This document shows, in pieces, positions 36,931-48,769 of a stretch of 64,000 bases of DNA. Within the stretch, counting starts at the first letter, position 1. Each line of letters begins with the position of its first letter. The DNA comes from Lama glama. Taxonomy: Eukaryota. The position numbers were made by a program, and so were the translations under genes. A model generated the notes under the pieces. That model saw only the letters and a program-made list of their open reading frames with translations. It made no database searches and was not told the origin of the DNA. The stretch lies in contig CM052816.1 in NCBI GenBank assembly GCA_028534125.1, positions 32,924,001 through 32,988,000 of the forward strand, given 5' to 3'.

Positions 36931-39900
36931 CTGCAGTGCAGAGAAGCCAGTGGGTTAATCAGCACTGGTCCGGATAGGTGAACCTGGATAATCAGTACCC
37001 ACTCTGGGCAGAGAGGAGCCAGCAGGGGACGCTGACGAAGTGACCATGTCCTGGGCCTGGCTCTGTCCCCTAGAAACTGTGCCCAGGAATGCACTCTCTG
37101 CTCTGGGCTCCACAGTCCTCAAAGACAAGTGAAGGGTTGGCCAATGTGCTCTGTGGGGTCTGTGTCCAGCTCTAACCTGCTCTGATTTTCTGACTCCCCA
37201 GGCTTCTGGCTCTCCTCCCACTCAGCCACAAGTCCACCACGGGGCGGCTCTCCCCTGCGTTGGATGGTGCTTCCTGGTGAGCGAGGGCAGGGAGAAAGGG
37301 AGGCCAGACAGTGCCGTATCGCCACACGTCCTCAGCTTTGTTCAGAGCTTCGCGTAGGTATGCCACAAAACTAATGGTTAAAATGAGAACTCGAGATTGG
37401 CTCTGATGTTCTGCACTGCACCTTTCCCTTGGAGCTTGGTCACAGACAGGGGTGAGTTCAAATGCCTGGAGAAGCCAGGTAACTGGGCTGGGGCAAGACA
37501 TCAGGGGTGGTGGCCACCAGCACAGAGCCAGATGTGAATGCCCTGCCCAAGACATTCTCGTTGTGTTTTCAGAAACTGTGTTGGCCAAGATGTCACTGGT
37601 TTGTTGCCTCTACAGTCTAGACCCGTGGTCTTCCAAGTATTTATAAATGAAATCTTATGCCAAAGCCAATACAAAAATGGTAAATGTTTTTGAAGTGGCT
37701 GAAGCGGGCAGGGGTGGGGGGCATATACTCAGCACCCTCTCGCCCACCAGTGAGGCCCCAAAAAAGCTCCGCCAGCTCACCAGGCACAGTTTGAAACCAC
37801 TGGTCTAAATTATCCAGCATGAACGTCAGGAATGTCTGTGTAGTCAACAAGAAACAAAGGAAAAACCCACAGTAAGTGACACTGTGGGTAAATGTTACAA
37901 CTAGGACTTGCCTTGCCGGTCAACCACATGGCACGTTAGGACAGAATGACCCGTCAGCTGCCACCAACAGCACAAGAGTGAGGTTTAATAGGGAACTGCT
38001 AAAAAGTCAGTCCATGCTCCACTTTATGGAGAATGGGGAGGACATGTGGGTGCACGTGTCCTGCAGGCGAAGATGCCCTGGACCCCTCTCTGGCCGTTTC
38101 TCTGGCAACTTTCATGCTTGTTTTTCATCCACAAGTAAGATATTTTACATACGCCTCATCAACTGACACCTCTCTGAATTCTCACGAGTATTACTGACTG
38201 CCTCACTTTCTAAGCAGATCCATGAGCTACCCAGGGTTACGTTAGTAACAGGCATCTTATTACTGACTTTAAACATTTCAAATGCAGGTTTATTTAAGTC
38301 CTTTCAGCTCCTCCCAAGCAACTGTGCTGAGCAGGTATGAGCCTAATAAAAGGTACCTTTCGAGGATGGAATGGTTTAAGACATTCCTCTGATAAAAACT
38401 AGAAACAAGATGACTGATTTTTTTTCTGTTAATTGATGGAGTTCCTTAATACTTAGATTAAAAAAAAAAACTTGACAGCAGGCCAAGATCATTTTAGGAT
38501 CTGTTTAATAGGAGGAATAAAGTTTTATGGTTTGGTTAAAAGACCCTGAAAAATGAAGTTCCTAATGGAAATGCTGGCAGAGTTTCTACTTCTAAGCTGG
38601 GATGGTAATACTATTAAAAAAGAAAAAGAAAAAGAACCCCCCCCACAAACCCCAGGGAGGGGCGTGGAGGAGGGCCACCCGTAGAAATGGAAGCTGGCTT
38701 TCTTGCTGGGTGACTTGGATATGAAACAGGAAGTTAATACTCAGGACACTTCCTTTCCTCAGATTTGCTTCAGATTCTTGTACATGTCAAAAGGGAAGGA
38801 GGAAAAATACGTGACTATTCAGTGCAAAAGCTAGAGGAGGAGCCAGCAAGGAGGACAGTGGGGAGATGCATTTGGGAGGTGCCCCGATGGCGACCTTCTG
38901 TGCAAGGTGGGTCCTGGAAGGACCAGCCCTAATGGGGGCTCACAGCCCATGAAGAAAAGCCAGCGCATGACAGGTGGCCTGGCCGCACCACCCATCTTTG
39001 ACTCTGGAGCGGTCTGGCCACTTCAGTGTTTTGTTTACCTGCCAAGGCTTCTCCAGAGAAGCTGCTGTTACCAAGGCAGCTGAGGCAGGGTGCAGTGCAG
39101 GCCTCAGACCAGAGGGGGCGCCCTTTGTCCCCTGGTCTCTTCCTTCCCAAACGCTTTTCTACTCCCACCCTCCTCATGTTACCTCAAGGCCCAGAGCCAC
39201 AGTCACTGGTGAAGTTTTAGCCAACGTGGGTAACCACGATGCCATATCTGTGTCTTTTTCAGTAAATACCCCTTCCAGTTACTCAAAATTGAGGGACAGA
39301 AGTGGGGGGCAGTGCAGATCTGGAGAGACAAACCACACCAACAGGACACATGGCTCCTGAGGCCGGGGGACAGGGCAGGGAGGCGCTGTGGCCAGCAGAC
39401 ACCTCCATCTGCTGCAGGGCCGGGGCTCATGCTGTGGGCATTCCCTGAAGCTGACAAAATCAAAGTGTGAAGGGTCCCTCTGCGTTCCTGAAACACCTGG
39501 AGACCAGGTACGGGGAATCCACACTTCAAAACTAACCTGGAGGAAAAGCACAGCCAACGAAAGCAGCAAGATGAGGCAAAGGCCTCACGGAGAGCAAAGG
39601 GACCCCTAAAAACCAGCATCGCAGAGAGAGGCTGTAGGAAAGCCAGTCCCTTCGATCACGAATGTGGGCCTCCCGCTCCATCTGGTTCTACTGTTGCCCC
39701 GGGAGAGCATGTTTCCTGAGACGGCTTGTTTGTTTTAACTTGTCTGTAATTCTGTTTCCACCCCAGTTCTTGCTGCATTCAACATAAACAATTTACTCAA
39801 TCGGTCATGAGGAAAAAAAATGAAAAACCCACTTGACAAGCGAACTGCATGCAGTTGGGAGACCTTCCAATGCCAACAGCCGAGATATGGGCAGCAGAGC

Positions 39901-39953
39901 AAAGGAGGCAGGGGACGAGGAGGAAGGGGCGGAGGGACTCAGGTCACGCTTAC

Positions 39954-40057
39954 CAGGGGAAGACCCCACACCGGCCGCCCGGAACTGCCCCAGGATGAGG
40001 CTCTGCTCGCTGTCGGCCAGCGCCAGGAGGAGTTCGTAGGCTTCAATGCACTGCTCA
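39954..40057 (-). CDS. MCC: MCC coding exon (104 nt, phase 2-1): EQCIEAYELLLALADSEQSLILGQFRAAGVGSSP(G)
   Basis: Acceptor ttctgttccag|T, donor G|gtaagc; the peptide is contained in ORF 39805..40074(-). Confidence 0.96.
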
Positions 40058-40354
40058 CTGGAACAGAAGCACACAGCAGAGGATGGTGGGCCCTTCTACA
40101 CAGCGCTGCGCCCTGGGTGGGAAGCAGCTCAGGACCTGCCTCTCAGCCTCGCCGCCCATGTCAGCAAACAGCCGTGGACACTCCTGGACAGAGCCAGGGG
40201 CTTGCTTGGCTATGTGAGCCCCTCCCCTGCCCGGTTTTTTTTTTCCCCTTACACTTTAAACCAGGATCTAGAAAAATACAAGAGAAGCAATAAAGATGAG
40301 AGAGGCAAGTCTGTTGCCTTTTTGATGATCAGCTAATAGGGAAAGGTGACACAC

Positions 40355-40890
40355 CCACAGCAGCTAGCCTCCACAATGCTCCCCACCTAACCTTGATGTC
40401 TATACCCTGGTATCCACACCCTTGTGCAATCCCCTCCACACTGCTCCAGGGTTGGTTTCTGTGACTAAGGGAATAGGGCAGAACAGATGAGATGTCACAT
40501 CTAAGATTAGGTTATTAAAAAAACATGGGGATTTCTATCTTGGTCTCTTTCCTCCCTTCACTTGCCCCCTGGGGTCCTCCTCTTTAGAGGGGGCCAGCTG
40601 CCAGGTCTTGAAGACTCTCTAGCAGCCCTGTGGGGAGGCCCATATGGTTAGGAACTCAGGTGCCAGCCAACAGCCAGTGAAGGACTAAGGACTCTACCAA
40701 ACAGCATCTTCGAAGCAGACCTGCCAGCCCCACTTTAGGTTTCAGCTGACGCAGCTCTGGTTCAAAGAGCTTGACCAGATCCTCACAAGAGACCCTGAGC
40801 CAGAACCACCTAGACAAATCACTCCCAGATTCCTGACCCTAGTCTGTGACATAATAAATCGTCATACAAAAATAGGTAATTCACATAGTG
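40355..40890 (+). mobile_element. MaLR LTR (MLT1 family)
   Basis: gatgtcacatctaagattaggttat, cagccaacagccagtgaaggactaagg, gagaccctgagccagaaccacc...cccagattcctgaccc. Confidence 0.8.
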
Positions 40891-40919
40891 CCCTAGAAAA
40901 GGGGACTCCTTTGACCTAG

Positions 40920-41118
40920 GCTTGCTCTATTCAGTAGAGTGGCCACTAGTCACATGTGGATATGTAAGCTAAAAGGAATTTAACTTAACTAAAATTTAAA
41001 ATTCAGTCCCTCCATGGCAATAGCCACGTTTCACGTGGTTAATAGCCACGTGTGGCTAGCAGTTACCATACTGGACAGCACAAAGAACAGTTCCATCATC
41101 ACAGAGAGTTCTGTTAGA
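40920..41118 (-). mobile_element. MER3-like hAT MITE
   Basis: gccactagtcacatgtgg...aatagccacgtgtggctagc...ctggacagcac...ttccatcatcacagagagttctgtt. Confidence 0.8.
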
Positions 41119-42627
41119 TGCTTGCAAAAGTGTCTTACGAAACCTTCACAAAAGTCTCCGACAAGAGTTTGAGTTTGGATTTCTAAGAGGAAGAAAATCA
41201 GTCTCTCTTTGGGTACACAAGGAGAGGATCAAAGAGTGACCTTTTGAAGCCGCTGCCGCCCGTGACCCCACACGGACCACGTCTGCGCCGGAGGCAGTGT
41301 GTGCGTAATGCCTGAGTCACCCTGGACAAGACGCCTGCAGGGGTGAAACTCCCCGCAAGCTGAGCAGGGAAGTGCTGCATCACTCATTGTTTAGTCAACA
41401 CACTGCTTTTTCAATGTCTCTACTTTCATCTTCCTTTACTAAGAGATAAGGAAAAAGGTCCAAGGCCTGGCTCTGGGTGCTGGCAGCTCCTCCTCTCAAG
41501 GTCAGTCCACCTTTCAGGTTAGAGATGGCTGGGACACTGTTTCAGCTATAAGGGTGAAAGGTGGACTGTGGGTGCAGAACAGCCTGTTTCGAGAGTTGTT
41601 GTAAGTGATTATCTATTTGCTTTGGTGTGTCGGTAAGCCTGTATAACTGCTCTCTAGTTTGGGCTCATATATTTTGGCTTGATATTGTTTATTTGAAGAA
41701 GCAATGTTTCTTAAAACAATATTGAATTTTTTTTAAAGGATACCAAGAGTAAGATACAATCATTCCTCTGGGACTTTGGCGAATATGCCTAAGTGGTGAC
41801 ACTAATAAAATACATCTTTGAAAACAATAACAAAACATAGTTTTGTGGCCATTAAACAAGCGGTAATTTAAAAATAGATAAATTTCAAAGCTGATGAGGC
41901 TGAAAAAAAAAGTGGGAATTCATATACCACTTGCTTATCCATGAATGAATCATATTTTTATGGAGAAAAAATTGGCAGCAGGCCTGAAGAGCCATGAAAC
42001 TATTCATATCCTTTGACCTATAATTCCTGCTTCAGGGATTTTATCTTGAGGAAAATACTCAAAAGGAAGGTTTTGGTATTAAATTATTCACTGTAGAATT
42101 TTTTTCAATATCAGGAGTCTGCAAAAGTCTAAATATCTTTTAGATAAATGAGTAATAAAATAACACCATATAAACCTGATGGAAGGGACACAGCCAGTCA
42201 AAATAAATAGAGACTTTTAAACACCATTACAAAACTATAACAAACTGAGGAAAGAGAATGCACTAGATTTGTAACAATGTAAAATATACACAAGTATGAA
42301 TAAAGACTAGAAAAAAAGACTGGAAAGAACAAGTGAACAGGTAACACAAAAGTTAATACTTTGACTGATATTACTGGAATGAAGTACTATTTAAGTTCAC
42401 TATGCTAACAGGAACATACCTGTTACTAATACCATAGCTACTACCCTTATTTTCTTAATTGCTACCAGGGTGCTAATTGATTTTCAATATGCATCATGCT
42501 AGCATTTGCTAGTCCATCCCCTACTTCTGTTTCCTAAAAGCCTGTTTTCTCCTTCTATGCAGAAGCTTGCTGTGGGTGTTATTTCTAATTAAAGTGGCTC
42601 GTCGCCCGCCCCGCCCCACTTCCCCAC

Positions 42628-42768
42628 CTGTACTGCAGGGCCAGCCTCAGCGCCGTGGCATTGGATTCGTATTTTCCCACCAGCATGCTCATCCTCTCTG
42701 CATTGCTTTTGCATTCTTCCAGGGTGATGGTCAGAAGGTCATTTTGGGATTTGAGGTGTTCAATACGG
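42628..42768 (-). CDS. MCC: MCC coding exon (141 nt, phase 2-2): RIEHLKSQNDLLTITLEECKSNAERMSMLVGKYESNATALRLALQY(S)
   Basis: Translated by hand. Acceptor ttttcttcctttgtag|C, donor AG|gtgggg; coiled-coil-like segment of MCC. Confidence 0.95.
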
Positions 42769-43149
42769 CTACAAAGGAAGAAAAATCACTTTCACCATTT
42801 TACGCTAGGGTGACATTTGCCAAGACTTTAGCCGTCTACTCTAGATTCAGGCCAGAAATGCACGTGAGGAGACGAGCTTGTCAGATGTTTTAGCAAATGT
42901 AACTGACCAGAAGTCACGAAGGAAGCAATTTAAGCTAAAGCGTTACTGAATACTTCGTGGATTAGAAATCGAAAATAAACCCCCAGATTATTTCCCAACC
43001 AGCCATGCACGAGCTGTTTGCCAGGCACCATGCTTGGCTCTGGAGAGGTACCAAGGAAAAGGGTCAACCGTGTGACCTCACGCCCTTCTCAGCGGTATGA
43101 ATGGTATGCTTCAGTACAGCACCCTCCACAGGGACAGACGAAAAACAGC

Positions 43150-44430
43150 ATCACAGCAATAATTACAATTTGTTGAGCCCAAAGTTTACTCCTCCTTTCT
43201 TAAAATGCTCTCCTTTACTTGGTCATGACAGGTGTCTCCTGGTTTTCTCCCCATCTTACAGGTCATTTCTTCTGTCTCCTTTGCTGGCTCCCTCTTCTCT
43301 GTAAAATCTGTGAGGGTTGATGTTCCCTCCAGACTCAGTCCTGGGCCCCTCCTGTATCGACATTCTCCTCCGGGATGATTATATCCAGTCCTATGACTTT
43401 AACAGGCATTTACGTTCCCACGACTTGCAAATTCCCTCAGCCCAGACCTCTCTTCTGAGCGCCAGTCTCCGTATCCAAGGTTTCACACTGACATCTCAAA
43501 TTTAACAGTCCCAAATGGGACTCTTGATTCTCCCCCAAACCTATCCCCTCCCATCTGCTCCATCTCAGTAAATGCCAACACCATATATATATACCCAACA
43601 CTACAGGTAAGACAACTGAGACTCTTCGAGACCATCCCTTTTTCTTACAACCATGGATTTTCACCACCAAACATACATTTGCCGCTTCACATCATCTCCA
43701 CACGGGCCACACTGGTCCACGGCAAAACCGTCTCAGCTCCTATCCTGCCTCACACCCTGGCTTAGATGGTAAGGGTGGGGCACCATTAAGTTTCTTTCAA
43801 GTACCAAAAATATCATCAGTATTTCTCCTCTTGCTCTTGGGATTCAGTCTACCCTTCCATAGCTTTGGTCACTTGATCTGTAAGCAATCTTTCAAACCTG
43901 GGAGATCTTTCAAAATTTAAATCAGATCTGTTTTTCCCTTTGATAGCTTCCAGTGACACTTGTAATAAAGAGTAAACTTTGCCCATTGCCTTGAAATTCC
44001 ATATTCCATCCAGTCCTGCCTATTCAGGCTCCTCACGTTGTGGATTCCTCCTTTCACTCATTCTGTTTCAGGGCCACTGACCTTCGGGCAGTTCTGACTT
44101 CATGCCAACCACCTCCAGCCTTGCAGTTGGTAAGTTGGCTCACAAGACTCTCCCTAGTTTGTCATATGGCTGTTCCTTTTTCCCCTTAAAAGCTCAATTT
44201 ACATGTCCCCTCTTCAGAGATGCCCTCTCTGGCCACCTGTCTAAAATCAACCCTTCCTGCTAGTCTATCCCAGTGTCCTACTTACTTGGAGATTTCTTAC
44301 ACTCTTATTTATTTGTTTGCTTTTCGTTTAGCTTCCTCAACAGAGTACAAGCTCCATGAAAGCAGGGATCTTGTCTGTTTTACTCTCCTTTGCATGCCAA
44401 ATCGCCCAGCCCAACAAAGATGTGTTGAAC
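43150..44430. mobile_element. LINE-2 relic (contains a ~105-bp non-L2 insert)
   Basis: ctcagtcctgggcccctc, acatctcaaatttaaca, catctcagtaaatgccaacacc, aagctccatgaaagcagggatcttgtctgtttt. Confidence 0.8.
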
Positions 44431-46294
44431 GAGGAAACACACTTTTGAGTAGGAGTGACCTCCCCCCCTGCTGCCCCGACACAAACACAGGTTAAAAGCT
44501 GTCATTTTTTGGAGCATAATGAGACTCCAACTTTGAGACAGGTAGTTAAATAACACACATCAGGGCATACTGGTAGATTATTTGTAAGAACTCCCATGTT
44601 CTATCAGTAGCTATGGTAACACAGAAAAAACAAGGGAGGTGAGGTCGAAGGGCAGGGGTCAGAACTGGTTAGGCCATGTAATTGCCCTGAATTTAAGGCA
44701 AGTCACCCAACACTGAAGTCTCTGTTTTCTCATTTGTAAAACAGGACTATTCTGCCCTCCCAAGTTGAGGATTAAGTGGCTGTCTGTGAGAGCCTTTTGT
44801 AAGCTGTTAAACACCATGATAATGTGATCTACAGGCACTACATAGTTCCCCCTTCTCTGCTCTCTCCTAGGTGCACATAATTGAGGAGAAAGGAACCTCC
44901 CCCCGAATTCAACTATAAAGCAGGCTTGTTAATCCCAGAATCTGCTGAGATCCTCACTAAACAGAGGGCCCTGAAGGCACCTGATTTCGTTAGATTGCAA
45001 AGGGCATATCTGATTCAATTTTTAGGCACTTCCCAGCCTGTGGCACTGAGAGGGCTGCTCCTTCACTGCTGTAAGGTAGTCATCAGGGCTGTCACTCTTA
45101 AGTATTTTGAATTTAATAAGGAAACCATTTAATTTCAAGATTTAAAATGACCTAGATTGCCACATTTCCTTAGTTCTCAAGTGCTATATTAAACAGCTTC
45201 AAATCAGTAAGGACTAACGGGATAATTCAATTTATTCAGGTTTGCCATACACCAGGGAAACGGCATGAAGCAGTGGTGGACGGGGCACGGTATCCGCATT
45301 TCTTCCTGGTTAGTTCATAAGCCTTTCTAGTTCTTACTTTGCCTTCCCACTGGAGGTTGGTAGGCCGGGCAGCCACACCACACATGGATGCCATTCAACA
45401 CGCCATTCGGCCACTGCAGAACCAATTCTCAGTCAGAGTAGTTGCCATGGTTTGGCCCTGGTCCTTCTCCTTGGCTTTTTTAGCAACTCTCTTTCATTGC
45501 TGGGACAACACACAAGCCAGTCTTTGTCAAGAGACTGCAGTACAAATTCAAACCACCTCTATCATGAGATTTAGGAAGAATCCATAAAACCAGGGATATG
45601 GTAAAACTATTCTAAGTAGGACAATTAGACCTACTTAGAAAATCAAAACTAAGTAGGCTAGGATGTAGGGATGGAGGGATGTGCACATTTGCAAAAAGTC
45701 TAAATAAAATTAAGCAACCCTTATTTAGAGCAAGGAGGGTTAGACCCGCTCTCCCGGTCCATCCCAGGAACGCCTTGATCAGACTGCTTTTGCTGGCTCT
45801 GGGGAGCTGCAGGCGCCCCTGGGATGCTGACTCCACACTCCAGGGCTTCTCTCTGTGGTTCCCGGCAGCTCAGGCCTGCATGCTTGGTAGCCATCTTGAC
45901 AATCTGACCTATTTGTCATTCTACACAGACTATTCCCCGGACTTAAGCCATAATTCACTAGGGCCAGGGCAAAATGAAAGTGGAGGGGCGTGGGAGGCTG
46001 GTTTAAACTACTCAGAATTTGAAACAATGACAGCAGAGCAGTAAAGCAAGTGTGGGGTCTTTCTAAGCATGAGGTCATGTGTATGTGGTGACAAGTCACA
46101 TGTTGCCCATGAAGCCAGCCCAGGCTGCTGGAAGCCTCCTGTGATGAAGAGGATGATGGAAACTCCCCACCCCCCAAGCCTGACAGCATCCCTCTATGTC
46201 ACAATTCCTAAGCCAATGGGAACTGATCCTTGGAAGGGAAAGGAGTGCATTTCCCCCTCATGCCACCACTGAGATACACAGGATTCCTCCTTAC

Positions 46295-46443
46295 CTATTC
46301 AGCCGCTCCGTTTCCACCTCAAACTCTCTAATTTTGCTCTCCGAGATGGCAGATCCATGGGAGTAGAGTGTTTGGAAGATCTCTTGGATGTTGGAGCAGT
46401 CCTGAAGAGAGTGGGCCAGGTGCTCTGCCACACTGCTGGATAC
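46295..46443 (-). CDS. MCC: MCC coding exon (149 nt, phase 0-2): VSSSVAEHLAHSLQDCSNIQEIFQTLYSHGSAISESKIREFEVETERLN(S)
   Basis: Translated by hand. Acceptor tgtacag|GTA, donor AG|gtaagg. Confidence 0.95.
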
Positions 46444-47560
46444 CTGTACAGGTAAGCATTAATCTCCCTCTGGACAGCGTCACTGCAGGGACCCTGGTCC
46501 CCAGGCATGCTTTGCATGCAAAACAGTTTAAAGCTGATGCTCCTTGAGAACCGAGCCCCAGGAGATAGCTCCCCCAATCCTTCTCAGTTTGTATAATATA
46601 ACTCGAGTATGAAAAGGTGACTACTGTGAAAGCAGTATGTAAAACAGGCTCAAAATGCAGCTGCATCCTCAGAGCACGTGCTGCTGGGCAGCTGGCATGG
46701 CGGATGAGGCCTCTTCAGAGTCCTAAAAGTTTGGCTATTAAACAGAGTCTGGACTCCCTTTCCCCTTCCTAACACCCTGCCATCCCCGGCCCTCATCTCT
46801 GGCGGCTGCAGCCAAGGAGAGCATCTGACTCCTTCATTTTCAGAATTTGGCTTTGGCGTGGAATCTGGGTGCATGCAACTTTTGCCCAGCACAAAATTCT
46901 GAATTAGGGTCTTAAAAGTGCTGTTCACGTTCTGTCTACCCCTGAGGGTCAAACAGCTGGATTTCTCAGCCTCACCCCGAATCCTCAGAGACATCCCCAG
47001 AGAACTGAAATGACTCCCTTTTCACCATTCATCAGCCTACAGCCCCAGGGGGTTCAGGGCTCTGCTAATGAGCACTCTAGTACTGAGCGAGAAGGTTCCG
47101 GCCCATCACAGCGTCAGGCCACACTTCACAGGTGCGCTCACACTTCACAGGTGCGCTCATCCTCACTGGAGAGCACGTTCCCTTTCAAGAGGGATGTGAA
47201 CAAGGCAAAGCTCTTTTAGAGCTTCCTGACTCACTCGGTCTCTGGGGTAGCAGGATGATAGGAAGCAGTTACTTCAAGACTTTCATGTACACTGCCAGTA
47301 ACTAGACCTAAATCATTTCTTTCTAAATGGTTTCAGATAGAGAAGAAAAGAAATCTCCCATAAAGGTGAAGAAGTAATGCACCATGTGGAAACCACCATG
47401 CGTTTCACTCTGATCCTTTGGAAGGAAATCGGGTATGATTTATTGCTATACCTAACTGGCGTACTGGAGAGGGACTCTGGAAGCCCTCCCCTCACGGCCG
47501 CCCCGCTGACTGTGCAGCTCTACCGGGTACCGTCTTGCCTTGCTTCTCACGCACACTCAC

Positions 47561-47650
47561 CCCTATGCTGCTGATTTCTGAGCCCAGGACCGGCCGATCG
47601 GACGATGAAGATTCAGACCTGGTCTTTGATAGCTTCACCCTCTCAGCAAT
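47561..47650 (-). CDS. MCC: MCC coding exon (90 nt, phase 0-0): IAERVKLSKTRSESSSSDRPVLGSEISSIG
   Basis: Translated by hand (not in the ORF track). Acceptor ttttgtcttgttcgttaag|ATT, donor GGG|gtgagt. Confidence 0.95.
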
Positions 47651-47815
47651 CTTAACGAACAAGACAAAAAATGATCAAAAAACAACACATCGCTCCCCAT
47701 ATAAACTATTGAGACTGTGTTTATACAGGCCTACTCCTCAACCACGGTAACTACCCTGATTAATCAGTTCTTAAAAATGACTCACATGTCCAATTTTTCT
47801 ACCATCTGCTTTGCA

Positions 47816-48041
47816 CAGGGTTTTCAACCTCAGCACCACCACCACTTTGGGTCAGATGTTCTCTGGGGTGGCGGTTGGGGTGGGGGTGGGAGGCTGTTCT
47901 GTGCACTATAGGATGCTTAGCAGTGTCCCTGGCTTCCAGCCACAAGATGCCAGTAGCTCTCCAGTTGTGACCCTCAAAAAGTGTCCAGACATTGCCAATT
48001 ATCTCCTGAGGGACAAAGTCACATCTAGTTGAGAAACTCTG
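47816..48041. mobile_element. MER20 hAT MITE
   Basis: cagggttttcaacctcagcac...ggctgttctgtgcactataggatgcttagcag...tccagacattgccaa...gttgagaaactctg. Confidence 0.85.
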
Positions 48042-48622
48042 GCTTGACTTGATAAACTTGATGGTTCAGAACCAACCTTCTTGTGGAGGCTGGCTGGGCT
48101 ACCAGGGAAGAGGACATGCGTCATTTGAACAGTCTCTCTGGGGCAGACTCGTGAGCGGGGATGCTGTGGGTACCAGCGGGGCAACTTCTCACAGCTGCCA
48201 CGGCCAGCTCATCATCATCTATTTATCTGCTGGCAGGGCTGTGGGTCCTGTGAGCAGGGCTATCACTGGTTCCTTACTCAGGGTTCCCTCCTGGGCTGAA
48301 CCTTGACACCGGACAGCACCTCTCCATCCACCCCCCTTAGTATTGCAGAACCTGACAAAACATCTCACTCTCCACAACGACCTGTCAGCTGTGACGTGCT
48401 CCAGCCGGCTGATTAATGTGAGCTGACATCCAGGTTGCAGCTGAGAGAGACTTAAAACTATTAGTGGGTTATCTCTCCCTGCAGGTCCAATGCAGGAGGC
48501 CTGTGCGAGACCCCGGGAAGCCCCCGGGGGGCGGCTGAGCTAACTGCATGCCGCACAGCCTGCCCCACTGAGGCTGGCGCTTCCAGATAACAGTAGATGT
48601 TCCCGTCGACCCCGGAGCTCAC

Positions 48623-48769
48623 CTTGGCGATGGGAATGTCATTGCTGCTGCTGCTCGTGCTCAGCTCCCCGGTGCTGGGGTTCACCGGGCGGTTGGCGGA
48701 AGTGAGGCGGCCAGGGCTGGAGGGGCCGGTGGCCTGCACGCTCTGTAGTCGAGTTTGAAGCTCCCGAAC
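48623..48769 (-). CDS. MCC: MCC coding exon, first in window (147 nt, phase 0-0): VRELQTRLQSVQATGPSSPGRLTSANRPVNPSTGELSTSSSSNDIPIAK
   Basis: Acceptor tttcag|GTT, donor AAG|gtgagc; the peptide is contained in ORF 48461..48856(-). Confidence 0.96.
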
